Shown here piece by piece: positions 9,238 through 17,940 of a DNA stretch of 32,000 nt. How positions within the stretch are numbered: the first letter of the stretch is position 1; each line of letters opens with the position of its first letter. Location of the stretch: the NCBI RefSeq assembly GCF_008000775.2, contig NZ_CP042905.2, positions 4,200,001 through 4,232,000 on the forward strand. The letters are read 5' to 3'. The translations under genes were made by a program, and so were the position numbers. Source of the DNA: Promethearchaeum syntrophicum (GTDB taxonomy: Archaea; Asgardarchaeota; Lokiarchaeia; Sigyniarchaeales; Promethearchaeaceae). The notes beneath the pieces were generated by a model that saw only the letters and a program-made list of their open reading frames with translations, was not told where the DNA came from and did not search any database.

Positions 9238-10458
9238 ATGGGTGAAAAATGTTTGAATATCAATATAATTAAAAAATTCAAGAATCGAGGAAAAAATTCA
9301 AGAGATCTCAAAAAGTTTGGTTTAATTTTGATCATTGGGCTCTTGATGCAAGTTATCTTTGTATCTAATATCGAACATTCAGTTGCTGTAGATGAAGGAA
9401 ATCCGGGATTGAGAACCGGGCAGAAAATGGTATATAATCCTGTGGCGGAGGAAATTATATTATTTGGGGGAAATCGCGGTAATGGAGACACTTCTTTATT
9501 GGATACGGTTTGGAAATACAATATTTCCCAATCAGAATGGGTAGAAATCAATCCGGGTCTATCACCAATATCCAGATATAATCATGCTATGGTTTATTTA
9601 CCTGGAAATAACAGTATTCTCCTTTTTGGAGGCAGAAAAAATTCCGATTATACACAATTGGATGATACATGGAAATATGATTTACGAACCAACACATGGG
9701 AGGAAATTATTTGCACTCCAAAACCTCCCGCTCGTCAATTTAGTTCCCTAACTTATGATTCCCAAAGTGAACGAGCATTATTATTTGGGGGGTTTGGACA
9801 AAATGAAGAACACCTCAATGATCTTTGGGAGTTTACTCCCGAAAATAATACTTGGACGGAAATAACAACTACTAATGCCCCCCAAAGCCGATATGGTCAT
9901 TCTCTTATCTATCGAAATGCTACGAACAATGCCTATCTGTTTGGAGGCCGTACTTTAGGACTAAATGATGATCTGTGGAAATTTGATCCTTCCATAAACG
10001 CTTGGAATTCCGTTGTAACCTCAACTAAACCTCTGCAACGTTATTTGCATTCTATGGAATATTGCTCAGAATCTGACTTGGGCTTTTTATTCGGGGGTGA
10101 TAATGAAAATACTCAAGGCCGAGCATTAGATGACACATGGGTATTTAATTTTACTGCCAATTCATGGATATTAATCCAACCCGAGACTTCCCCTGTTAGT
10201 CGGTTAATATATTCCATGTGTTATGATAGTGCTCTGAATCAGGTTTACATTTATGGAGGATTGACTGACGATTATCAAGTGTGCTTAGGTGATTTCTGGC
10301 AGTTTGATTTTACATCATCAAATTGGATTGAAATTGGAGATGGATCCAAAGGATCAATAGAAGGTTATCAAGGAATCGGGATTTCAATAATGAGCAGTAT
10401 TGCTGTCTGTACTCTAATAATAATAAGAAAAAAGCGTAGTACAGCCTTCAGAATCTAA
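9238..10458 (+). CDS. Secreted or surface-anchored kelch-repeat beta-propeller protein
   Basis: Signal/TM segment FGLILIIGLLMQVIFVS; six kelch-like blades (IILFGG, ILLFGG, ALLFGG, AYLFGG, GFLFGG, VYIYGG) with downstream W positions; C-terminal TM plus positive tail ISIMSSIAVCTLIIIRKKR. A TTG start at 9253 with an upstream GGTGA is plausible. Confidence 0.85.
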   Translation: MGEKCLNINIIKKFKNRGKNSRDLKKFGLILIIGLLMQVIFVSNIEHSVAVDEGNPGLRTGQKMVYNPVAEEIILFGGNRGNGDTSLLDTVWKYNISQSEWVEINPGLSPISRYNHAMVYLPGNNSILLFGGRKNSDYTQLDDTWKYDLRTNTWEEIICTPKPPARQFSSLTYDSQSERALLFGGFGQNEEHLNDLWEFTPENNTWTEITTTNAPQSRYGHSLIYRNATNNAYLFGGRTLGLNDDLWKFDPSINAWNSVVTSTKPLQRYLHSMEYCSESDLGFLFGGDNENTQGRALDDTWVFNFTANSWILIQPETSPVSRLIYSMCYDSALNQVYIYGGLTDDYQVCLGDFWQFDFTSSNWIEIGDGSKGSIEGYQGIGISIMSSIAVCTLIIIRKKRSTAFRI

Positions 10459-10460
10459 TC

Positions 10461-10480
10461 AAAAAGATTTCATCTTTTTT
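10461..10480 (+). terminator. Intrinsic-type terminator between convergent genes
   Basis: AAAAAGAT (10461-10468) ttc ATCTTTTT (10472-10479) directly after the kelch stop codon. Confidence 0.45.
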
Positions 10481-10553
10481 CCACACTTATCACTTTTTTG
10501 GGGGCAATTTCCCCAACCCAAATTAATTTTGGAATTATTTTTTAATTTGATTT

Positions 10554-10991
10554 CTATCGTGAATAAGAAGTTACTAATTTTTTCAATCTATAAATTTTAG
10601 AAGAACCACATTCTGGGCATTTTTTTTCCTTAGAATTATTAAAGCTTTGCCATTCTAAATCACAGTCCCAACAGCCCCAGCCTCCCCAATCTTTATAGGT
10701 GATATTTCCCGCCACAATTTCAAAATCTTTTTCCTCAACGATCGATCCTACCAATTTTTTGATTGCTGAAGATAAAATTCTTGAAAAAGTTGGTTGTGAA
10801 ATATTAAATTCTTTTGCACACTCTCCTTGGGATAAACCTTTATAGACGTTTAACCGAAGTGCTTCATATTCTTCTAAATTCACAATAACTGGTGCTGAAT
10901 CAGGAGTATCCTTAGAAATATTATTATATCTTAGCTTTATTTTACTTAAAGATTCTTTATCAACATATCTTTGAATTCTTCGTGGACTCAT
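10554..10991 (-). CDS. DUF134/UPF0251 family DNA-binding protein with C-terminal zinc ribbon
   Basis: MSPRRIQRYV...EEYEALRLNVYKGLSQGECAKEFNISQPTFSRILSSAIKKL (HTH) and CWDCDLEW...CPECGS. Confidence 0.85.
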   Translation of the reverse strand: MSPRRIQRYVDKESLSKIKLRYNNISKDTPDSAPVIVNLEEYEALRLNVYKGLSQGECAKEFNISQPTFSRILSSAIKKLVGSIVEEKDFEIVAGNITYKDWGGWGCWDCDLEWQSFNNSKEKKCPECGSSKIYRLKKLVTSYSR

Positions 10992-11064
10992 ATAATTACA
11001 CCTTTTTTTGAGATAGAAGAAAAAATTAAAATTATCGCAAATTCAAATTGAATACCGACGTTTT

Positions 11065-11442
11065 TTAATGTTGACAAGTTGCTTGTGATAATTTTTTTAA
11101 TAGATTTTGTTTAAAGGCTTCAAAGTTTTGTTTTATGGTTCCTTGAATCCCACGATAAGGCTCAATTCCGACTTGTATAAACCCCATCAATGGACGCTGG
11201 CCAATGCCGCCAACTACCACTTCCGAAACACCATTATTTTTCAAAAGCATAACAGGTGTCATACACCCACCTTGCTCATGAGGGGAATTTTGAATTACTT
11301 CAACAGTTATTACAGCTTTGGTATTTTCATCGTATTCAATTGTGAGAAATGTGGGTGTATGGCCGAAATGCCCGACTAATTCACCATTCAGTCCTTCGAC
11401 TGTTCCAGGAAAAGCAATTTTTTTGGTACTCATTTTTATCAT
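11065..11442 (-). CDS. NifX/NifB-like dinitrogenase iron-molybdenum cofactor-binding family protein
   Basis: KIAFPGTVEGLNGELVGHFGHTPTFLTIEYDE...CMTPVMLLKNNGVSEVVVGGIGQRPLMGFIQVGIEPYRG. Confidence 0.85.
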   Translation of the reverse strand: MIKMSTKKIAFPGTVEGLNGELVGHFGHTPTFLTIEYDENTKAVITVEVIQNSPHEQGGCMTPVMLLKNNGVSEVVVGGIGQRPLMGFIQVGIEPYRGIQGTIKQNFEAFKQNLLKKLSQATCQH

Positions 11443-11529
11443 TTTCTTGTTTATATATCATTTTAAATGATTAGAGATTCATAAAATTTCTTCTCTGGTC
11501 TTTTTTAGAATAATTATTCATAAAAAGGA

Positions 11530-11952
11530 TCAATTATGGTGATGATGATGGTGATCATGACCAAATTGACCAGCATCTTCTTTTGGGATCCCATAATCTT
11601 TCCCTCCACCAGGATTGCATAAACTTTCCCCGCCTCTTAAGGTCCCATTTAAAATCTCTTTGATGCAATTATCTATCGTTCCGACAATACCAACAATCGG
11701 TTCAATGTTAAATTGATTAAAGAGATCTACGGCGCGTCTACCCATACCTCCAGAAATAATTACATTGACATTTTGTTCATGTAAATATTTTGGAATATAT
11801 CCGGTACTATGACCCGGATTTGGTATTTCTTGTTTGTTACTTATTTTCTCACCATCTAATTCAAAAATGGTATAATTAGGACATCTCCCAAAATGTTGGG
11901 CTACCATTCCACTATCTGTGGCAATTGCAATTTTTTTCATTTTTACTAACAC
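11530..11952 (-). CDS. NifX/NifB-like family protein with histidine-rich C-terminus
   Basis: KKIAIATDSGMVAQHFGRCPNYTIFELDG...NVIISGGMGRRAVDLFNQFNIEPIVG; tail GQFGHDHHHHHHN. Confidence 0.88.
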   Translation of the reverse strand: MLVKMKKIAIATDSGMVAQHFGRCPNYTIFELDGEKISNKQEIPNPGHSTGYIPKYLHEQNVNVIISGGMGRRAVDLFNQFNIEPIVGIVGTIDNCIKEILNGTLRGGESLCNPGGGKDYGIPKEDAGQFGHDHHHHHHN

Positions 11953-11988
11953 CTTTTTCTTTTTTTTATTTTTTATTTCTTCGTTTTT

Positions 11989-12909
11989 TTATTTTTCTTT
12001 TTCCTTTATGATTACATTAATTTTTTTGGATATTTTCTTTAAATTTTGAGCAGAAATTCCATTAGGATGATCCTTTATTATAGGAATACCTTTGGCAATC
12101 GCATAAGGCCATTCTGAATCCAGTGGGATTTCACCTAATAATTCAATTTTATTTTTATTGAGATATTCTTTAATCCGCTTATTTCCTTCGAGATACATAT
12201 CTGATTTATTGATTATTATTCCAAAAGGAATATTAAAATTGTTAATTACTGAAATTACCCTATCTGCATCATGTAGAGCTGCAGTTGTCGGTTCAATAAT
12301 TACAATCACATAATCTAATCCGGTCAACATTGCAATTACTGGACATCCTATTCCAGGTGGGCCATCAATGATCATTATATCTTTTGATTCATTTTTAGCT
12401 ACTTCATCTGCGTATTTTCGGAGTTCTGTTACGAGTTTTCCACTTGTTTGCGCGCCTAGAATAGTTTCTCCAGTTATTACATCGAAATTATATATTGATT
12501 TTAGATGATTTATAGTTCCACTATTTACAGGTTCCACCTCAAACGCACTTTCTGGACAAAATATTTTACAAGCTCCACATCCTTCACACACTATTGAATC
12601 AATTTTCGGGATTAGATTATCTTCATCCCATTTCAATGCATCAAAATGGCAAAAAGCATCATCAATGCAAAGTTTGCAATGTACACACTTTTCTGGAATA
12701 AAAGCCGCCTTTTCAGTAGTTTTAACATGAAATTCTTGGACTTGATTGTTTTTTGCTTGGAATAAAATTGCTAAGTTAGGAGCATCCACATCTGTATCAA
12801 CCGCTATTACAGGTAATCCTTCTTCCGCTAATAAACATGCAATAGACGCTGTAATTGAGGTCTTTCCAACACCACCCTTACCAGATACTATACCTAAATG
12901 ATAAGCCAT
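11989..12909 (-). CDS. MinD/Mrp-superfamily P-loop ATPase with inserted 2x[4Fe-4S] ferredoxin domain
   Basis: GIVSGKGGVGKTSITASIACLLAEEGLPVIAVDTDVDAPN; ferredoxin cysteines CVHCKLCIDDAFC and CEGCGACKIFCP; DGPPGIGCPVIA. Confidence 0.92.
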   Translation of the reverse strand: MAYHLGIVSGKGGVGKTSITASIACLLAEEGLPVIAVDTDVDAPNLAILFQAKNNQVQEFHVKTTEKAAFIPEKCVHCKLCIDDAFCHFDALKWDEDNLIPKIDSIVCEGCGACKIFCPESAFEVEPVNSGTINHLKSIYNFDVITGETILGAQTSGKLVTELRKYADEVAKNESKDIMIIDGPPGIGCPVIAMLTGLDYVIVIIEPTTAALHDADRVISVINNFNIPFGIIINKSDMYLEGNKRIKEYLNKNKIELLGEIPLDSEWPYAIAKGIPIIKDHPNGISAQNLKKISKKINVIIKEKEK

Positions 12910-12912
12910 TAT

Positions 12913-13845
12913 TTAAACACTCTCCAAAGCCATAATTTTTTTAACATTTGCGAGGATGGAAAGAAAAGCTTGTTTTGCAGGAAACTCACGAGAATCGAGA
13001 ACAAATGGAATTCCTTTCGCGTAATCTTCGATTACTATGTTATCGATTGGAATTTCTCCTAGAATTTTAATGTTAAAATCAGAAGCCACTTGTAAAATTG
13101 GTTCTTTATAATCAGTTAAGGTAGAACGATTTAAAATAATCTGTGCATTTTGTCCAGATAATTGAATCAAACGCAAAATACGTTTTAAATCATGTTCTCC
13201 AAATGGTGTCGGTTCTGTAACACATAAAGTTAGATCTGCCAAACTAAGAGCTTTTTCAACATCACAATGAGCTCCAGGAGCAGTGTCTGTAATGATAATA
13301 TCATAATTATTTTTTCGTTGAAGTTCGTAAGTTTGTTCAATTAAGTTTTCAACAATTAATACAGAGATTGCTTCACCAGGGTTTAATTCCCCTATTAATA
13401 GATCTAGGTTATTATGAACATTTTTCATAAAGAATCTTGATCCTATTGAACGTTTTCCAGATGAAATTGCATCTGTTGGGCATACTCGTTTACAAATTGT
13501 GCATCCAGAACACATTGGTTCCATTAAGGAAGGAAATTGATCAGGAAATTGAAGGATTGCATGGCGATAACAAGCATCGCGACATTTTCCACACTTTATA
13601 CATTTATCTGGGGAAAATTTTGGAACGAACATATCTATATGAGTTCTTTCTACATCACTATCGGTTAGAGCTTTTCCCAATAAAATATTTGAGTTGGGAT
13701 TTTCTACGTCACTATCGATTAATAGAACTTTATATCCGAGTTTGGCATAGTAAACAGCGAGATTGACGGCAATGAGAGTTTTCCCTGTTCCACCCTTTCC
13801 ACCAGTGACTGATATTTTTTTGACGTTTATAAGATTTTGAGACAT
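12913..13845 (-). CDS. MinD/Mrp-superfamily P-loop ATPase with ferredoxin domain (paralogue of neighbour)
   Basis: VTGGKGGTGKTLIAVNLAVYYAKLGYKVLLIDSDVENPN; CIKCGKCRDACYR and CSGCTICKRVCP; DTAPGAHCDVEKAL. 3 bp from the adjacent ATPase gene. Confidence 0.92.
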   Translation of the reverse strand: MSQNLINVKKISVTGGKGGTGKTLIAVNLAVYYAKLGYKVLLIDSDVENPNSNILLGKALTDSDVERTHIDMFVPKFSPDKCIKCGKCRDACYRHAILQFPDQFPSLMEPMCSGCTICKRVCPTDAISSGKRSIGSRFFMKNVHNNLDLLIGELNPGEAISVLIVENLIEQTYELQRKNNYDIIITDTAPGAHCDVEKALSLADLTLCVTEPTPFGEHDLKRILRLIQLSGQNAQIILNRSTLTDYKEPILQVASDFNIKILGEIPIDNIVIEDYAKGIPFVLDSREFPAKQAFLSILANVKKIMALESV

Positions 13846-13886
13846 ACTTTTTCCTTTCTGAGTGGTTAATTTTGAATTGTAATATT

Positions 13887-14366
13887 TTAAAAATTACCTC
13901 TACCTTGACCTCTACCTTGGCCTCTGCCTTGACCTCTGCCTTGACCTCTACCCATGCCTTGACCCCCGCCCATTCCAGTATGAGCTGCAGAACTTGCGCT
14001 GGTAATTAGGGGTAATTTATCCTGAAGATAAAGTTCCACAATAGTTTTCACGTTTGTATTAGGATCATTTGGATATCCATAAGCAGATACTCCACCTTGA
14101 TTCAGAGCCCCACTTGCATTTGGGCCATAATCTGCACCAGCTACAACTTTAGCACCTGTCCCAACAATTAATTGTACAGCCATTGGACCTGCTCCGCCCA
14201 TAGCGTTCGATGCGGTATTTTCAATAACATCTACTTCATTAATTTCTCCATTTTTAAGAGATACAACTGTAAAAAAGGGACATCTACCAAAACGCCTAGT
14301 TACGGGAGCATTTAATCCATCGGATGTTGTGGTAGGAATTGCAATTTTAACATTTTTTTCAACCAT
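13887..14366 (-). CDS. NifX/NifB-like family protein with Gly/Gln/Arg-rich repetitive tail
   Basis: VKIAIPTTTSDGLNAPVTRRFGRCPFFTVV...VQLIVGTGAKVVAGADYGPNA; tail GMGGGQGMGRGQGRGQGRGQGRGQGRGNF. Confidence 0.85.
   Translation of the reverse strand: MVEKNVKIAIPTTTSDGLNAPVTRRFGRCPFFTVVSLKNGEINEVDVIENTASNAMGGAGPMAVQLIVGTGAKVVAGADYGPNASGALNQGGVSAYGYPNDPNTNVKTIVELYLQDKLPLITSASSAAHTGMGGGQGMGRGQGRGQGRGQGRGQGRGNF
13897..13944. repeat. 12-bp tandem repeat encoding the GQGR tail
   Basis: Four consecutive units: cctctaccttga, cctctaccttgg, cctctgccttga, cctctgccttga, with further degenerate copies to about 13970. Confidence 0.9.
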
Positions 14367-14605
14367 ATTTTTTCACTTATTTTTTTATGAATAGGTATTC
14401 AAATAATAAATAGAATTACTAAATTAAAAACTTTCTTAAGATTTTTTTTTATTCATCATAAAATGGTTTTGAAATATGATTTTATTTATTTTTTATTTAA
14501 ATGAAAGAAAAAAAATCCCAAAATTCTTAAAGTATTATCCTAAAAATGTACCCAATCGAAGATGTGTCATTTGATATATCTTTGATTAAAATTGAGGTTT
14601 TTTAA

Positions 14606-15490
14606 TTGAACAAGAAACTATTAAAAATGGTAATTTTTGGTTTAGCATTTATGATGATCGCTAATCAATTTGGGTTTTCTCAAGCTGTAGTTGAAACTGA
14701 AACACAACGTTCAAATAAAGTTGAAGAAATCGTAAATTTATCTGTAGGAACACCAATTGACGAAAGCGTTGTTATAGCTGCTGCAGATGGCATAGTTGAT
14801 AAGTATGCTGTCATTATTGGTATCTCGGATTACAGTGTTGTTAGTGATCTGAGCTATTGTGATGAAGATGCAAGTGATTGGTACAATTATTTAGCACCTT
14901 TAGGTTATCAAATCACATTACTCGGGGATGGCTCCAATCAATATCCCGTACCTATTGATGGATTAGCAACTGAATATAACATGAAACAAGCAGTTGCAAA
15001 TATTTTAGCTGTAGCAGACGAAGATGATGTTATCGTTTATGCAACCAGTGGCCACGGAACTGAATCCAAAGTTGGTAGAGGAAGAACTGCGACCTATCAA
15101 CAATTGATTTGTGCTTGGGATTATGGTGTCGGAGAAAATGGTGAAGATGGAAAATTATTTGATTATGAATTTGCTCAAATGTGGGCACCTGCTGTATCAA
15201 ATGTTTTCATTTTTATTGATCACTGTTTTTCAGGGGGTATGAATGAATTATTCGATAATCCAAATGCGGACTGCTTTTATATGACAACCACATGCACTGC
15301 CGATGGATATGGATATGATATGTCTGTATATGAAAACGGAAAATGGACCTATTGGTATTTAGAAGCTGGTTTGATTGGTCAAGGTTACACGGATCTTCAC
15401 GATTGTTATGTGTGGGCTCATGCTAATTATGATTTTAATCAAGATAAGGATGAACCATTGGAATTCGGAGTTGCAGATTTTACATTATAG
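14606..15490 (+). CDS. Secreted caspase-like (peptidase C14 / metacaspase-type p20) protein
   Basis: N-terminal signal-like KKLLKMVIFGLAFMMIANQFGFSQA; DKYAVIIGISDYSVVSDLSYCDEDASDWYNYLAPLGYQITLLGD; catalytic His in TSGHG (codon 15053-15055) and Cys in FIFIDHCFSGG (codon 15224-15226). TTG start with GAGGT upstream. Confidence 0.88.
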   Translation: MNKKLLKMVIFGLAFMMIANQFGFSQAVVETETQRSNKVEEIVNLSVGTPIDESVVIAAADGIVDKYAVIIGISDYSVVSDLSYCDEDASDWYNYLAPLGYQITLLGDGSNQYPVPIDGLATEYNMKQAVANILAVADEDDVIVYATSGHGTESKVGRGRTATYQQLICAWDYGVGENGEDGKLFDYEFAQMWAPAVSNVFIFIDHCFSGGMNELFDNPNADCFYMTTTCTADGYGYDMSVYENGKWTYWYLEAGLIGQGYTDLHDCYVWAHANYDFNQDKDEPLEFGVADFTL

Positions 15491-15517
15491 GGTATTTTAC
15501 TTTATACCCTTTTTTTT
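15490..15517 (+). terminator. Intrinsic-type terminator after the caspase-like gene
   Basis: GGGTAT (15490-15495), loop, ATACCC (15504-15509), then eight T (15510-15517). Confidence 0.6.
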
Positions 15518-15594
15518 CCCAATTTAATAGTTTTTTTTTCATATTTCTCTATTAACACATAAACAATTTTGGTTTTTCTTATAATTTCCCCAAT

Positions 15595-16635
15595 TTGAAG
15601 GCAAAAATTATATCTAAACAAAGAATAAAAATAAAACATAGAAATAAAATGAATTATCTTACATTTAAATTGGTCATTTCAGAAGACCCTGGTGCAAAAA
15701 TCTTCCAAAAACTTGCAGAGTACTGGAATTCAACCTCAAGATTAGATGAAAATTACTTTGGACCTGAATTCTATTGGGCTTTTTTCCAATTAGGGGATTT
15801 TCCAATGGAAGAAATGGCAATTATCAAGTGGGAAGTGTGGTCACAATATCGATTAAGAGGAAATTTTGAAGATTTAAACAAATCAGCATATATAGGAGTC
15901 ACTTGTGGCCTATTTATATATTATCCTCAAAATCCGGATTCATACATCAAACTTAAGGATAGTATAAATTTATTCTTTGAAAAACGCAGGTCGGATATAG
16001 CCCCTTTTACTGTTCTTGCTATTGTAGAAAAGGACGAGAGAGAAATCCCAGATGAACATAAGAATTTCATAGAAGCCAATGGAGGGAATATTAACATTCT
16101 AACCGAATCCTTTTTAGAAAAAAATATTCAGCAAATCATCATTTTTACGTTCATCAATTTCTTAAAAGAACTTCGTCCAGAGTTTTGTACTTCTCTAACA
16201 ATTGAAAAAAATTTCTGGTCGTTAACTTTATCTGAATTAAGGGCGATTTTAATGGCCGATCGTCAAGGAATTCAGTTAAAATCTAGACACATTGCTCCTT
16301 CGGATGAGTATTTAATTGAAAAAACATTCGAAGAAGAAGAAAAAGATGAAGAGCCTACTGAAGATGAATTAAAATTTGTGGCAATTTCACCAAAAGGAGA
16401 AGTTGTACCTATAAGCAAAGAGATAACTCCAAGTGAAGTTCTTGAATTAATAAAGAAGGGCTATAAACTCCCTGCCTGGGTTGTTATTCCAAGGCATTGT
16501 AGCAATTGTTTTAACCAAAATCAAAACAATATCCGTGAGATTGAAGATAAAACCGTAATTTTAATGGAATATCCACGAATTTACGGTATGAAATTTATAT
16601 GTGGTAATTGTGGACATTCCTGGCGTGGAAAATGA
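15595..16635 (+). CDS. Degenerate Ras/Rab-like small-GTPase fold (pseudo-GTPase) with C-terminal zinc ribbon
   Basis: Gap-free match to small-GTPase layout: TFKLVISEDPGAKIFQKLAEYW (G1 position), KWEVWSQYRL (G3, cf. WDTAGQERF), CGLFIYYPQNPDSYIKLKDSINLFF, TVLAIVEKDE (G4), NILTESFLEKNI (G5); zinc ribbon CSNC..CGNC. Start is TTG 15595 or ATG 15649. Confidence 0.6.
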   Translation: MKAKIISKQRIKIKHRNKMNYLTFKLVISEDPGAKIFQKLAEYWNSTSRLDENYFGPEFYWAFFQLGDFPMEEMAIIKWEVWSQYRLRGNFEDLNKSAYIGVTCGLFIYYPQNPDSYIKLKDSINLFFEKRRSDIAPFTVLAIVEKDEREIPDEHKNFIEANGGNINILTESFLEKNIQQIIIFTFINFLKELRPEFCTSLTIEKNFWSLTLSELRAILMADRQGIQLKSRHIAPSDEYLIEKTFEEEEKDEEPTEDELKFVAISPKGEVVPISKEITPSEVLELIKKGYKLPAWVVIPRHCSNCFNQNQNNIREIEDKTVILMEYPRIYGMKFICGNCGHSWRGK

Positions 16636-16650
16636 ATTAGTTGACAGATT

Positions 16651-17940
16651 ATGAATAGTGAAGATAAAAATAACTCTGCACGAAAAGTGGCTGAGGCTAT
16701 GGTTGACAATATGCAAGCAAATCAGCAAAATCCAAATTTTGATGATGAAAAAGAACGATCTTTTCAAGAAGCCAGGGATAAAGTATTTGCTAATAGAAAG
16801 ATAATTAATATTGGGATAATTGGGTGTGGAGGAATTGCTAAAAATCATGCATTTTCCATTAGTTTGTTAGAAAATAATGCCCGAAAAATCTGGAAATGGA
16901 AAGAGTCTAAACAAAAAATCAAACCTGTTTTATATGCTTTAGCGGATATTGAAGGAAGTAAAGCAGAAGAATTTGCACAACATTTTCCCGCAAAAAAAAT
17001 CTATAAAGGAGCGAATGCTGGCAATGAACTTATAGATGATCCTGATGTTGATGCGGTATTTATTCTTGTACCAACTGTTGACCATCTAGGATATGTTTTA
17101 AGAGCAGCTGAGAAGGGAAAACATATAATGCTTGAAAAACCGGCAGCTTTTTCGCCAGATGATATTCGAAAAATGATTGAAGCTAGAGATAAACATAAAG
17201 TAGTTCTCCAAGTAGGTTTAGTAATGCGAAGTTCTTCGCCAATTTATTACTTAAAGAAACTTCTCTCTGATAATAAGGAGAAATGGGGATCTTTAACCAA
17301 TATAGTTTACTCTGATTCCCAACAAAAACCCTACACAAATGATCCAACCCATCCTTCTACCTGGCGACGCGATAAAAATAAAGCCCATGCGGGAGTATTA
17401 TTTGAACATGATATTCATGATTTAGATGGGATGATATCCATTTTAGGGAAAGTGGATGAAGTTTATGCTAAAATTAAATATTTTGCCGGATATGCAGGAA
17501 TAGAAGATTCGGTAGCAGCTCTGGTCACTTTCAAAAACGGTGTAACTTTTTCAATGAATTGTATGTGGAATGATTTAAATTATGATTGTCGGAAATACGA
17601 AATATTTTTTGAAAAAGCCAAGATCAGAATTATTGCCGACGGTAGAGATGAAAAACTCGCAGAGGTTTTCGTTCAATATCTCGATGAACCAGAATATGAA
17701 ATTGAAATGAAAACGATGGATGATTATTTCTTTAAGCAGATTGGAATGCCACATGTGAAAGCAGAAATACCTGGACCTTATTACGCTGAAGATTTGAGAT
17801 TTATTATGGCGATTGTTGAAAACAATATAGAAAGTGAAATAAAAGCAGAATACGGAAAATATGTTCAAGAAGTGATTGAAGCTATATATCATAGCAACGA
17901 AATTGGTAATGTAGTTAAGATTAGGGAGAAATTATTATGA
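16651..17940 (+). CDS. Gfo/Idh/MocA-family NAD(P)-dependent oxidoreductase
   Basis: IINIGIIGCGGIAKNHAFS; DDPDVDAVFILVPTVDHLGYVLRAAEKGKHIMLEKPAAFSPDDIRKMIEARDKHKVVLQVGLVMR; HDIHDLDGM. Confidence 0.92.
   Translation: MNSEDKNNSARKVAEAMVDNMQANQQNPNFDDEKERSFQEARDKVFANRKIINIGIIGCGGIAKNHAFSISLLENNARKIWKWKESKQKIKPVLYALADIEGSKAEEFAQHFPAKKIYKGANAGNELIDDPDVDAVFILVPTVDHLGYVLRAAEKGKHIMLEKPAAFSPDDIRKMIEARDKHKVVLQVGLVMRSSSPIYYLKKLLSDNKEKWGSLTNIVYSDSQQKPYTNDPTHPSTWRRDKNKAHAGVLFEHDIHDLDGMISILGKVDEVYAKIKYFAGYAGIEDSVAALVTFKNGVTFSMNCMWNDLNYDCRKYEIFFEKAKIRIIADGRDEKLAEVFVQYLDEPEYEIEMKTMDDYFFKQIGMPHVKAEIPGPYYAEDLRFIMAIVENNIESEIKAEYGKYVQEVIEAIYHSNEIGNVVKIREKLL

Noticed and set aside
9234-9551. 105-aa minus-strand ORF
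   Set aside because: Antisense to the N-terminal coding part of the well-supported kelch gene; no family-like composition.
11107-11379. 90-aa plus-strand ORF
   Set aside because: Mirror ORF inside the NifX-like gene at 11065-11442.
13437-13766. 109-aa plus-strand ORF
   Set aside because: Antisense to the ferredoxin-containing MinD-type ATPase, which has clear motifs.
16561-16848. 95-aa minus-strand ORF
   Set aside because: Spans the end of the pseudo-GTPase gene and start of the Gfo/Idh gene on the opposite strand; no independent support.
17575-17892. 105-aa minus-strand ORF
   Set aside because: Antisense to the Gfo/Idh/MocA gene.
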